From positions 1 through 58,071 of the forward strand of contig JAGOTH010000002.1 in assembly GCA_018061865.1 (NCBI GenBank): a stretch of DNA of 58,071 bases. Reading direction: 5' to 3'. A program made the translations under genes and the position numbers. Below the pieces are notes generated by a model. That model did no database searches and was not told where the DNA came from. It saw only the letters and a program-made list of their open reading frames with translations. The DNA is from Minisyncoccota bacterium. GTDB lineage: Bacteria; Patescibacteriota; Minisyncoccia; Phycocordibacterales; UBA9973. Shown here piece after piece: positions 43,151 through 52,431 of this stretch; the stretch's first letter is position 1; the number at the start of each line of letters is the position of its first letter.

Positions 43151-44554
43151 TTAGACATTCTCGATTAACATCATATTGGTCGCCCCGGAACGTCCCTGCA
43201 TAAGCCCAGCACAAACTATATAAGAGTCTCCTGTTTTTAGATTAGCAGAGGAACGAGCAATACCACTGACAATGGCTCTAGCCTCTTCAAACTTTTTGGC
43301 CCCCTTATGAAAGGTTGGGATAACACCGAAAGAGAGATTTAGAGTTCTGATTGTTTTTATGGAAGAAGATATGGCATAAACAGGAAGAGGTGAACGATAT
43401 CGGGCGAGCATTCGAGCTGTGAAGCCACTTTGAGTCAGGGCAATTATCGCCTTTGCTCCTACTTCTTCGGCATTATGAATTACGGAAGAAGAAACAGAAT
43501 CAGCAATATTTCCTTTCATAACTGAAACATGTTTGTGCATTGTAAGGCCAGTTTCTACTTCACTTGCAACTCGGTTCATCACTTCCACTGCTTTCTTTGG
43601 AAATTTTCCCACGGCGGTTTCTTCTGAAAGCATTATTGCGTCAGCTCCGTCGTATATTGCGTTCGCAATGTCAGAAACTTCAGCGCGAGTAGGAGTTGCG
43701 TTTTCAACCATGCTCATCAACATTTGAGTTGCAACAATCACTGGTTTTCCTTTGCTATTACATCTTGAAATCAAATTCTTCTGAACTGTTGGGATTTTTT
43801 CAATTCCAACCTCAATCGCCAAGTCTCCCCGAGCCACCATTATCGCGTCTGTCTCTTCCATGATTGCATCAATGTCGAGAAGTGCCTCTGGTGTTTCTAT
43901 TTTTGCCACAATTCGCGCTTCGCTTTTTAGTTTCTTCAAAAGCCCACGAAGTTCTCTTATATCTTTCACGCTTCGGACAAAAGACAAGGCGACAAAGTCC
44001 ACTCCGTTTTTTACACCAAAAACTAAATCCTTTTTATCTTTTTCTGTAATTGCAGAAATAGAAAGATTTGCTCCTGGAATATTTACACCACGACGAGAAC
44101 GAATCATTCCACCAACCTCAACTTTTGTATCAACAAAATCTTTTCCAACACTTATAACTTTTAGTTTCTTTTTTCCATCATCAAGTAAAATAAACATTCC
44201 CGGTTTTACTTCATTTCTCAGTTTCGGATAGTTTATATAAAGAGTCTTTTCGTCCCCCAAAACTGGTGAAAAAACGAGGCGCAAATCAGAGCCTTTCTTG
44301 AGGGTAACTTCCCCACCTTTTACGTCCCCTGTTCTGATTTTAGGGCCTGCTAGGTCAAGAAGCGAGGCAACCTCTACCCTAGTGGCTTTACGGGCCAAAT
44401 CAAGCTGTTTTAGGCGCTCTCCGTGCTCTTCGTGGGATCCATGGCTCATATTGAGTCTAGCCACTGAAAGTCCTAGTTTTATGAGCTCAGATATCTCTTT
44501 TGCAGTATTTGAAGCCGGTCCGAGAGTCGCCACAATCTTAGTTTTTGTTTTCAT
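43151..44554 (-). CDS. pyk: pyruvate kinase
   Basis: Trimmed from the TTG at 44575 to the ATG at 44554 (MKTKTKIVATLGPAS). NMSHGS, MVARGDLAIEVG. Confidence 0.95.
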   Translation of the reverse strand: MKTKTKIVATLGPASNTAKEISELIKLGLSVARLNMSHGSHEEHGERLKQLDLARKATRVEVASLLDLAGPKIRTGDVKGGEVTLKKGSDLRLVFSPVLGDEKTLYINYPKLRNEVKPGMFILLDDGKKKLKVISVGKDFVDTKVEVGGMIRSRRGVNIPGANLSISAITEKDKKDLVFGVKNGVDFVALSFVRSVKDIRELRGLLKKLKSEARIVAKIETPEALLDIDAIMEETDAIMVARGDLAIEVGIEKIPTVQKNLISRCNSKGKPVIVATQMLMSMVENATPTRAEVSDIANAIYDGADAIMLSEETAVGKFPKKAVEVMNRVASEVETGLTMHKHVSVMKGNIADSVSSSVIHNAEEVGAKAIIALTQSGFTARMLARYRSPLPVYAISSSIKTIRTLNLSFGVIPTFHKGAKKFEEARAIVSGIARSSANLKTGDSYIVCAGLMQGRSGATNMMLIENV

Positions 44555-44639
44555 ATGGCCGAAATTATAGCACAAATTTAGCTTGCATTTTATGGTTTTT
44601 TTGGTAATATTTGCCTTAGTTCTTTGTGGTAATTAATAT

Positions 44640-44711
44640 TCTCCGGTAGCTCAGTGGTAGAGCGGTCGCCTGTTAAGCGATTGGTCGTAGGTTCGAATCC
44701 TACCCGGGGAG
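44640..44711 (+). tRNA. tRNA-Asn (anticodon GTT)
   Basis: Acceptor tctccgg/ccgggga, D-arm gctcagtggtagagc, anticodon loop ctGTTaa, T-arm gtagg-ttcgaat-cctac. No encoded CCA. Confidence 0.9.
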
Positions 44712-44718
44712 CAGTATG

Positions 44719-44748
44719 AAAAGAGTCCGTCTTATGACGGACTCTTTT
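44719..44748. terminator. bidirectional intrinsic terminator
   Basis: aaaagagtccgtc-ttat-gacggactctttt. Confidence 0.8.
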
Positions 44749-44751
44749 CAT

Positions 44752-44985
44752 TTACCTATGCACACACCCTGCCCAACAACACGGACGGCGCATTCCGCCT
44801 TCAAGTTTTGAAATTGCTTTTGAGATACGGATATTTCTCGTTTCTGCTTTCTTGCCGGAAGTCACCCAACAAATCCATTCGTTCCTTGCGAGTGGTGTGA
44901 CATCTTTCCATACTCCGCTCGCCCCTTTTGAAGAAGCGATGGCTTTCTGAAAATCCGTAGGCATTTTATGTGGCAAACTAGTCAT
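44752..44985 (-). CDS. YdeI/OmdA-like small protein
   Basis: 77 aa. ARNEWICWVTSGKKAETRNIRISKAISKLEGGMRRPCCWAGC resembles the YdeI/OmpD-associated C-terminal domain. Confidence 0.55.
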   Translation of the reverse strand: MTSLPHKMPTDFQKAIASSKGASGVWKDVTPLARNEWICWVTSGKKAETRNIRISKAISKLEGGMRRPCCWAGCVHR

Positions 44986-45038
44986 ACCCCTTATTCTACC
45001 AAATTTGGCGCTAATGTTTTTACTGGTATAATTAGGTT

Positions 45039-45239
45039 ATGCAAAAAATAGCTACAAAAATATTTATAGGCGCATCTATCTCCTTCGGAATTATCGGTAT
45101 TATTATGGCAGTAACAGGAGGATTAGACGGAGAACAGACAGTATTAAGCGAAACACTAGCAAGACTCTTGCAAACTACTGTCTTTATAATACTTCCCTCC
45201 TTTGCCATTAGCATCGCTGGTAGATATTTAAACAAATAA
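45039..45239 (+). CDS. small two-TM membrane protein (66 aa)
   Basis: Preferred over the antisense ORF 45032..45301. Clean helix-loop-helix hydrophobicity. Confidence 0.4.
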   Translation: MQKIATKIFIGASISFGIIGIIMAVTGGLDGEQTVLSETLARLLQTTVFIILPSFAISIAGRYLNK

Positions 45240-45376
45240 ATAAAACAAATTATTATGAATCCCGTTAGAAATAGCAAACGATACGGGGAAACAAAGATCA
45301 TGAATTTAATTACAAGAATATTATAAATAACAAAAAAGGATCAAGGATATAATGTCCGCGTCCGATTTCTAACGGG

Positions 45377-45748
45377 ATGAAAAAACACAAAATAATTTTC
45401 TGGGTTACAACAAGTCTTATCTTTATTTTCGAGGGAGTCATGCCAGTATTAACTTCACAAAGTGAAATGTCTATCCAAGGCATTGTAGGTCTCGGATATC
45501 CGCTCTATTTCGTAACATTACTCACTGTGTTTAAGGTTCTCGGATCTGTCGTGCTTATCGTTCCAAAGTTTCCTCGCAATGTAAAGGAGTGGGCGTATGC
45601 AGGATTTGGAATAGATTTCACATGCGCATTTGTTAGTCTTTGGGTAGTTACAGGATTCAGCGCAATGCTTGCGATACCCGTCATAGCATTCATCACACTC
45701 GCACTCTCATACAGGTCTTATCACAAGATTACCTCTAAAGCCTTGTAA
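45377..45748 (+). CDS. DoxX-like membrane protein
   Basis: 123 aa, four hydrophobic helices, and the KEWAYAGF motif typical of the DoxX-like family. Confidence 0.6.
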   Translation: MKKHKIIFWVTTSLIFIFEGVMPVLTSQSEMSIQGIVGLGYPLYFVTLLTVFKVLGSVVLIVPKFPRNVKEWAYAGFGIDFTCAFVSLWVVTGFSAMLAIPVIAFITLALSYRSYHKITSKAL

Positions 45749-45780
45749 CTGGCCTACCTGCAAGGTAAAATTATCTGTAT

Positions 45781-46764
45781 ATGAAAAAAACCAAGGAGGC
45801 GTCCAATGTCAAAAATATTTCAATAATATTTTTGTCTTTTGCTGTTGGTGGATTACTTATGTATATATTAATAAACGAAAAGGAGTCCTTTGTTCCAAAA
45901 TTTTCTGAAAACAGATACACGGATAAATATGAATACATATCTCCCTTACTAGAATGTGACACTTACGAGTCTGACGAGCTTGCTTGGTTTGATAATAAAA
46001 TAGAAAACAAAGCAGAAGAGTTAATGTCTAATGGAAACACAACTCACATTTCTTACTACTTCAGAGACTTTAATAACGGAGTCTGGTTTGGAATAAACGA
46101 AAAAGAATTGTTTTCTCCAGCTAGCTTGTTCAAAACTCCAGTAATGATGTCCTATCTAAAGCAAGGCGAAGAAAATCCAGAACTACTTAGTAGAAAAATT
46201 GTTTTTACTGAAGCAGATAAAAATTATGAAAAACAAAACATAAAGCCAGTCACAGAAATGGAGATTGGTAAAAGCTATACAATCGAAGACGTCATTAACC
46301 GGATGATAATATACTCTGACAATAGCGCTCTTAGAATACTACTTCGGGAGGGAAACTCTTTCGCTTACAGAGTTTTTTATGACTTAGATGTTGGTATTCA
46401 ATCGGATCAAGAAGGACTAGAAAACTTCATGTCTGTTTATGAATACTCTAGATTCTTTAGAATTCTATACAACGGTTCTTATCTAGATTTTGAAAATTCT
46501 AACAAAGCTCTTGAAATACTAACAAAAGTTGATTTCAAAGACGGGCTAGTTGCAGGGATTCCTTTGGACATTCCTGTTGCTCATAAATTCGGAGAGAGAC
46601 AATTCGGAAACGAAAAACAACTTCACGACTGTGGTATTGTTTATCATCCAGAAAAACCATATCTAATCTGCATAATGACAAGAGGAAAAGATTTGGAAAA
46701 GCTACCGCACGTTATATCTGAATTATCAAAAGTTACATACGAGGAAATACTAAAGTCAAAATAA
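45781..46764 (+). CDS. class A beta-lactamase-related serine hydrolase, membrane anchored
   Basis: SxxK (SLFK), SDN (YSDN) and a KTG-like HKFGE triad in the correct order. N-terminal TM anchor. Confidence 0.65.
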   Translation: MKKTKEASNVKNISIIFLSFAVGGLLMYILINEKESFVPKFSENRYTDKYEYISPLLECDTYESDELAWFDNKIENKAEELMSNGNTTHISYYFRDFNNGVWFGINEKELFSPASLFKTPVMMSYLKQGEENPELLSRKIVFTEADKNYEKQNIKPVTEMEIGKSYTIEDVINRMIIYSDNSALRILLREGNSFAYRVFYDLDVGIQSDQEGLENFMSVYEYSRFFRILYNGSYLDFENSNKALEILTKVDFKDGLVAGIPLDIPVAHKFGERQFGNEKQLHDCGIVYHPEKPYLICIMTRGKDLEKLPHVISELSKVTYEEILKSK

Positions 46765-46779
46765 ATCTAATATAATTTA

Positions 46780-46805
46780 AAAACCACATATCTAATGTGG
46801 TTTTT
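46780..46805. terminator. bidirectional intrinsic terminator
   Basis: aaaaccacat-atcta-atgtggtttt. Confidence 0.75.
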
Positions 46806-46808
46806 AAA

Positions 46809-47618
46809 TTAGCGACTTTTTTTATTCCTAAACAAATAACCTGAAATCGGAATAGCTATAATGGCAAAACCTACACACCAAATTATTGATATAATTCCGT
46901 GACTCCCAATGTCTGTACCGTTCATAAGAGCGCGTATCGCTTCAATAATATGGGTAATGGGCTGATTCTCTGCAAAAAATTGCAAACCTCGTGGCATTCC
47001 TTCGGTAGGAACAAAGGCGCTCGATGCAAAAGTTAAAGGGAAAACAACAACGAAGCCTATCCATTGAGTTGCCTCAACTGTTTTGGCCGCCAGACCCATA
47101 ACTGCAGAAAGCCAGGAAAATGCAAAAGTAAAGAGTAGAACGAGAGACAGAATATACATCCAGTCAATAAATGAAGCTTCTGGACGGAACCCAACAAGAA
47201 GAGCAATACCAATCATAACAATTGAAGATAAAACATTTCGAACCAAATCCGCCACAACATGACCCATAAGAACTCCTGAGCTTACTATCGGCAGAGTTTT
47301 CAAACGCTCAATAATCCCCTGTTTCAAGTCATTGGCAACGGACAGAGATGTTGTTGTTGCGCCGAAAGCGAGTGTTTGTACCAAAATACCAGCAACCAAG
47401 TAGTTCACGTATGTAGTTCCACCAGTGTCTATTGCGCCACCAAACACGTAGCGAAACAAAAGCATAAACATGATTGGGGAAATTATTATAGAAAGTATTT
47501 GATCAAGATTTTTAAATATATGACGAAGACTTCTCATTATCAAAACCCCTGTATCCAAAAATACAAAAAATATTTTTGAACGCTTCATTGGAACAAGTTT
47601 TTGTTGTGTATTAGTCAT
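46809..47618 (-). CDS. ABC-2 type transporter permease
   Basis: 269 aa, six hydrophobic helices. Overlaps the upstream ATPase gene by 8 nt. Confidence 0.8.
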   Translation of the reverse strand: MTNTQQKLVPMKRSKIFFVFLDTGVLIMRSLRHIFKNLDQILSIIISPIMFMLLFRYVFGGAIDTGGTTYVNYLVAGILVQTLAFGATTTSLSVANDLKQGIIERLKTLPIVSSGVLMGHVVADLVRNVLSSIVMIGIALLVGFRPEASFIDWMYILSLVLLFTFAFSWLSAVMGLAAKTVEATQWIGFVVVFPLTFASSAFVPTEGMPRGLQFFAENQPITHIIEAIRALMNGTDIGSHGIISIIWCVGFAIIAIPISGYLFRNKKSR

Positions 47619-48564
47619 TTTTTTCTTTTATATCAGTAGAGTGACCTGTTAATTTCAAAAATACATCATCCAGAGTTGGCTTGTGCAATGAAAATGTTTC
47701 CACCTCAATTCCATTCTCTTCCATAACATCAAGGACTCTTTTCAAATCGGAAACGGTTCCATCAGTTGCTACACTTATCCGACGCTCTTCTTCGTTAACT
47801 TCTTTATTTTCACCAGTTACAACACTAGAAGCTTTTGCAAAATCGCTTTCATTCTCAATGGTTATCTCTAATCTTTCTTTTCCAACCATTGATTTCAATT
47901 CATCAGCAGTACCTTCAGCAATTATTTTTCCATGATCAAGCACGGCTATTTTGTCAGCCAGTTTATCTGCTTCGTCTAAGTATTGAGTTGTAAGCACGAT
48001 TGTTGTGCCTTGAGACAAAAGTTTTTTTATTATTTCCCATATAGTAATACGACTTCTCGGATCTAAGCCGGTTGTTGGCTCGTCGAGAAAAAGAATTGGC
48101 GGGGTGGCTATTAGAGAAAGGGCTAGGTCAAGACGACGTCTCATTCCACCTGAATATGTTTTGGCAGTTCTACTCGAAGCTTCAACTAAATCAAACTCTT
48201 TAAGCAATTCTTCTGCCCGAATTCGAGCATCCTTTTTTGAAAGATGATACAGACTTCCCATCATAATAAGATTTTCTCTTCCAGTTAAAAGTTCATCAAC
48301 AGCCGCATATTGGCCTGTTAAACCTATAGAAGAACGGACACTATTAGCATCTTTCATAACATCAAATCCGTTGATTGTAACGCTTCCTCCATCAGGTTTT
48401 AAGAGTGTGCTTAGTATTCTAATGGTTGTTGTTTTCCCTGCACCATTTGGCCCCAAAAGAGCGAGCATCTTCCCCTCTTCAACCTCAAGATTTATACCCT
48501 TTAAAACATCCACGGATTTAAAGGATTTGGTTAGATTTTTTATTGAAATAATGCTTTTTGCCAT
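47611..48564 (-). CDS. ABC transporter ATP-binding protein (DrrA-like)
   Basis: Trimmed to the ATG at 48564 (MAKSIISIKNLTKSF). Walker A GPNGAGKTT, signature YSGGMRRRL, Walker B ILFLDEPTTGLD. Confidence 0.9.
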   Translation of the reverse strand: MAKSIISIKNLTKSFKSVDVLKGINLEVEEGKMLALLGPNGAGKTTTIRILSTLLKPDGGSVTINGFDVMKDANSVRSSIGLTGQYAAVDELLTGRENLIMMGSLYHLSKKDARIRAEELLKEFDLVEASSRTAKTYSGGMRRRLDLALSLIATPPILFLDEPTTGLDPRSRITIWEIIKKLLSQGTTIVLTTQYLDEADKLADKIAVLDHGKIIAEGTADELKSMVGKERLEITIENESDFAKASSVVTGENKEVNEEERRISVATDGTVSDLKRVLDVMEENGIEVETFSLHKPTLDDVFLKLTGHSTDIKEKND

Positions 48565-48614
48565 AATGGTTTTGTATTGTATCATAGCTGAAATTTTTGT
48601 AAAAATTTGATAGG

Positions 48615-48866
48615 ATGGTATATATGACAAAAAACTGTAAAGATGCCTGCGAAAGTTGCTTAATGCCATTTTCAAAAGATCCGGGAATTCGCGAAAGCGA
48701 CAAGTATTGTAGCTACTGTTTCAAAAACGGAAAATTCACCTATGAAGGAGATCTAAAGGGATTCAAAGAATTCGTGTATAACGGAATGAGAGGAGTTGGT
48801 ATACCAAAACTAAAAGCTAAATTCTATACTTGGCTAGTACGTTTTGCTCCTAGATGGAAAAAGTAG
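48615..48866 (+). CDS. zinc-ribbon domain protein (83 aa)
   Basis: CESC...CSYC motif in the N-terminal 40 aa. Alternative ATG at 48624. Confidence 0.55.
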   Translation: MVYMTKNCKDACESCLMPFSKDPGIRESDKYCSYCFKNGKFTYEGDLKGFKEFVYNGMRGVGIPKLKAKFYTWLVRFAPRWKK

Positions 48867-48930
48867 ACTTAAATAATAAAAATCCCAAAAAAATGTATAA
48901 TAAGGGCGTTCGTAATACTCAATAATATCA

Positions 48931-49596
48931 ATGAAAATAAACATACACCTCAGGGACAAATTTGGAATATCTCGCAATGAAGCTGAGAGGCTTCTAAAAG
49001 CCGGACAAGTGAAAGTAAACGGCAAGCCAGCAAACGGATCCGTGGAAGTGGTTGCGAAAGATAAGGTTGAAATAACTAAAAAAATTCATGAAAAAGAATA
49101 TTTTGCCTACAACAAACCATATGGACTTCTAACTCAAGGAAAAGCCGAGGAGAAGAGCGTTGTCACTCTTTTCAAAAAACATCACCTCTTCCCCATTGGA
49201 CGACTCGACAAAGATTCTGAAGGATTAATGATACTAACTAATGACGGATCAATCACCGCAAAAGTCCTAGAAGCCGAATCAAAGAAAGAAAAGGAATACG
49301 AAGTAGAGACAGACAAGCTAATTCCCAAAAAAGCAGAAATCACTTTCCGCACTGGAATGAACAGCCGAGAGCTCGGAAAATTAAAGCCGGCCAAGGTAAA
49401 AATAACAGCAGATAAAAAAGCTCGAATATCAATAATTGAAGGAAAGAAGCATCAAATCAGAATTATGTTCCTTGAAATGGGAGCAAAAGTGACAAGACTA
49501 AAAAGGGTTCGAATCGCAAGTGTGGAAATTGGCGGGTTAAAGGCAGGACAGAAACGACCTCTCACAAAAAAAGAGCTAGCAAGCTTAATAAACTAA
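48931..49596 (+). CDS. RsuA/RluB-family pseudouridine synthase with S4 domain
   Basis: S4-like N-terminus and catalytic GRLDKDSEGLMILTNDG. Confidence 0.85.
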   Translation: MKINIHLRDKFGISRNEAERLLKAGQVKVNGKPANGSVEVVAKDKVEITKKIHEKEYFAYNKPYGLLTQGKAEEKSVVTLFKKHHLFPIGRLDKDSEGLMILTNDGSITAKVLEAESKKEKEYEVETDKLIPKKAEITFRTGMNSRELGKLKPAKVKITADKKARISIIEGKKHQIRIMFLEMGAKVTRLKRVRIASVEIGGLKAGQKRPLTKKELASLIN

Positions 49597-49619
49597 AAAT
49601 CGGCCTTAGGCCGATTTTT
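49597..49619. terminator. bidirectional intrinsic terminator
   Basis: aaaatcggcc-ttag-gccgatttt. Confidence 0.8.
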
Positions 49620-49622
49620 AGT

Positions 49623-50342
49623 TTATTGTTTATTAGAAGAAGTAGCTGTTGAGCTTGTAGAATTTTCTTCTGCCTCAATCCTTTCTGCTCGCTCTTTTGC
49701 AAGAGATGGGATCATTTCAACAATATCGTCCGTAGACTGAAAACCAGTCATAACCTCGTCGTTTATTATAAGAGCCGGAAGTTTAGTATCTTCAATTTTA
49801 AATACAGAAATCAAGGATCTTACTGCAGACAAATCTAATGAATAGTCAAAAGAGTAAACACGGACATTTGGGAACTCATCACGGAGATCCGTTAAGGCAT
49901 ATCCCTGCTTAGCACATTCACTACAATTATCTTCTGTTGTGTAAAAATACAGAACTACAACCATGTCATCATCTGCCCCACAACGTTCACGAATATTCTT
50001 CATCAAAAGATAATCTTTTATCTGAAGTAGAGAATAAAACTTTTTTAATTGATCAACCTGCTCTTTATCTCCAATGTTTTCCTCAGAATAAGTAATTTTG
50101 TCAGCGAATACCGCCAACTCTTCAGACAAAGCCGTGTTGTCTACATCTTTACAAGCAAGCTCTTCCAAAAGAGCAAATTGAGTTTCAGTGGACAAAATAT
50201 CCAAAGAAATATTATCTTGCACATCTTTTAAAGAGTCTATTTTCTTTTGAGAAAAATAACTAGAAAGCAACATTGCACAACCAAAAACAAGTGCTGTTAT
50301 AAAAAATGAAACTATATATCTTCTTAAATCTTTGTTTTTCAT
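49623..50342 (-). CDS. membrane-anchored thioredoxin-fold-like protein with CxxC
   Basis: Trimmed from the TTG at 50375 to the ATG at 50342 (MKNKDLRRYIVSFFITALVF). The YFYTTEDNCSECAKQ ... PALIIND pattern resembles a thioredoxin/glutaredoxin fold. Confidence 0.5.
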   Translation of the reverse strand: MKNKDLRRYIVSFFITALVFGCAMLLSSYFSQKKIDSLKDVQDNISLDILSTETQFALLEELACKDVDNTALSEELAVFADKITYSEENIGDKEQVDQLKKFYSLLQIKDYLLMKNIRERCGADDDMVVVLYFYTTEDNCSECAKQGYALTDLRDEFPNVRVYSFDYSLDLSAVRSLISVFKIEDTKLPALIINDEVMTGFQSTDDIVEMIPSLAKERAERIEAEENSTSSTATSSNKQ

Positions 50343-50346
50343 AAAA

Positions 50347-51624
50347 TTATCTCCATTTAACTTCTCTTCCGACAACTGCTGAATAAATTGCTTTCAAAAT
50401 CCAAAAAGGTGCTACAAAGCTATAAACCAGAACAAAATAAACAAAACCTAGTGAATTAAATTTTATCTTTTCATCTGACATTTTTACCCCAACAATAAAA
50501 GTAAACATAGTTACTAAGTATAGAGTTATACCGAGCATTGTTATTAGATTAGTGTTTACATAAAAAAGATCAAACTTTGGAGAAACTTCTAATGCATTAA
50601 TACCTCTAACGGATAATTCATTTATTTGAGAGGAAGCGAAAGCTACACTATTTGAAAAAAGTGTCACAAATAAATGAACAACAGCAACTAATCCAACCGC
50701 ACCAAAAGGAACGGTAAACATTGCAAAAACTCCAAACTTTTTATTAAATAAATATTTTCTATAATCAAAAGTGTTCATTATAAAACCATAAATCCATCTT
50801 AGTCTTTGTTTGTATAATCCTTTTATGGTTTTTGGCGAATATGTATACACAAAAGCCTTGTGACAGTTAACAATTTTCATACCGTTAATTTGCATACGGT
50901 AAGCAATTTCCATGTCTTCTGTCTTGTGCGCAGATCTAAAACCTCCTATCTTTTCAAAAACATCTTTTCTATAAAAAGAAAAAGGACCGGGAGTAACGTG
51001 TATTCCACCAATCATACCTAAAACTTTTTTCAAAAATACTCCCATGAAATACTCAACCCTCTGAGCAATCTGAATTGGATTTTTTGGATCAAAGATAATA
51101 ACGTTAGGGGCAACAGACATGACTTCTTTATCTTCAAAGTAAGAAACTATTCTAGAGAGAGCTTCTGGGTGAACAAACGAGTCTGCATCAAGACATCCAA
51201 TAAGTTCAGCTTTTGAAGTTTGGATTCCTAGGTTAACAGCAGTATGTTTTCCACCATTTTCTTTTTTAACCAAAGTAATTCTTGGATTATCCTTGTACTC
51301 GAGCATCTTCTCCCAAGTATTATCTGTACTACCATCATCAACCAACATTATCTCAATTTTATTTTTTGGATATTTCAAAGCTAAAAGAGACTTTACTGTC
51401 TTCTGAATAGTATTAGCTTCATTCCAACAAGGAACAATTATAGAGACTGTCGGGTATCTTTTGGGTGCTTTTTTCTTCTCGTCCATCTTTATATCATCTC
51501 GATTCTCAAAATAAGACACTATCAAAAAAACCTGGGCGTAGAGCGCCAGAAAAGTAGTTCCGTATAGGATTATAGTGTTTATTCCTTCCACAGGCTTAAA
51601 ATAAAGAGATTCTTCTCTTTCCAC
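50347..51624 (-). CDS. family 2 glycosyltransferase, processive membrane type
   Basis: GTG start. VDDGSTD, DADS, and QRLRW (QxxRW) motifs. N- and C-terminal TM helices. Confidence 0.85.
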   Translation of the reverse strand: MEREESLYFKPVEGINTIILYGTTFLALYAQVFLIVSYFENRDDIKMDEKKKAPKRYPTVSIIVPCWNEANTIQKTVKSLLALKYPKNKIEIMLVDDGSTDNTWEKMLEYKDNPRITLVKKENGGKHTAVNLGIQTSKAELIGCLDADSFVHPEALSRIVSYFEDKEVMSVAPNVIIFDPKNPIQIAQRVEYFMGVFLKKVLGMIGGIHVTPGPFSFYRKDVFEKIGGFRSAHKTEDMEIAYRMQINGMKIVNCHKAFVYTYSPKTIKGLYKQRLRWIYGFIMNTFDYRKYLFNKKFGVFAMFTVPFGAVGLVAVVHLFVTLFSNSVAFASSQINELSVRGINALEVSPKFDLFYVNTNLITMLGITLYLVTMFTFIVGVKMSDEKIKFNSLGFVYFVLVYSFVAPFWILKAIYSAVVGREVKWR

Positions 51625-51721
51625 TATTATAACACAAAACCCCTTATATTTAAAGCTTTTAAAACAGTTCTAAATTAGGGCTGTTTTGCTATAATTATTA
51701 GATAAAAGTAATAAAAAATAC

Positions 51722-52387
51722 ATGGAAAATAAACTATCCCAACCAGTGGCAATAATTATTGCAGGAATTCTGGTAGCTGGAGCGATCGTGCTCTCAAATA
51801 TGCAGAAACCGTCTGATACAGAAAAGGAGGTAAAAAAATTTGAAGTTGCAAAAGTAACTCAAGACGAACACATAAGAGGATCTTTGTCTTCAACAATAAT
51901 TGCAATTGAATATTCTGATACAGAATGTCCATTCTGCAAAGTTTTTCATAAAACAATGACAGAAGTTTTTAATGAACGAGGAGATTTTGCTTGGGTCTAC
52001 AGACACTTCCCTCTTTCAATTCATCCAAAAGCATATAACGAAGCCATCGCCACAGAATGTGCAGCCGACTTAGGAGGAAACAATGCCTTCTGGGCATATA
52101 TGGATAGAATTTTTGAAATAACCCCTTCAAATGATGGACTTGATGTAAACGAATTACCAAAAATCGCCACTTATATAGGACTTAACGTTTCAGAATTTGA
52201 AACATGTCTTGCTTCTGGAAAATATGATTCCGCTGTGGCCGAAGATATTGCTTCTGGAGAGGCTTCTGGGGTACGAGGAACACCACACACAATCCTTCTT
52301 AATCAAAAGACAGGAGAAACAGTGATAGTATCTGGTGCACAACCAAAAGAAGCAATCAACTCCGCGATCGACAGTTTGCTTAAATAA
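51722..52387 (+). CDS. DsbA-family thiol:disulfide oxidoreductase, membrane anchored
   Basis: N-terminal anchor, active site CPFC, and GTPHTILLN (cis-Pro loop-like). Confidence 0.8.
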   Translation: MENKLSQPVAIIIAGILVAGAIVLSNMQKPSDTEKEVKKFEVAKVTQDEHIRGSLSSTIIAIEYSDTECPFCKVFHKTMTEVFNERGDFAWVYRHFPLSIHPKAYNEAIATECAADLGGNNAFWAYMDRIFEITPSNDGLDVNELPKIATYIGLNVSEFETCLASGKYDSAVAEDIASGEASGVRGTPHTILLNQKTGETVIVSGAQPKEAINSAIDSLLK

Positions 52388-52397
52388 AACTGAAAAC

Positions 52398-52430
52398 AAA
52401 AATCCCCTCACAGACGTGAGGGGATTTTTT
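52398..52430. terminator. bidirectional intrinsic terminator
   Basis: aaaaatcccctcac-agac-gtgaggggattttt. Confidence 0.8.
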
Positions 52431-52431
52431 A

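Noticed and set aside
45032-45301. Minus-strand ORF of 89 aa overlapping the 66-aa plus-strand ORF
   Set aside because: Both are hydrophobic mirror images. The plus-strand ORF has an ATG with a purine-rich upstream region and a clean two-helix pattern. The minus ORF would overrun the intergenic inverted repeat. Confidence is low either way.
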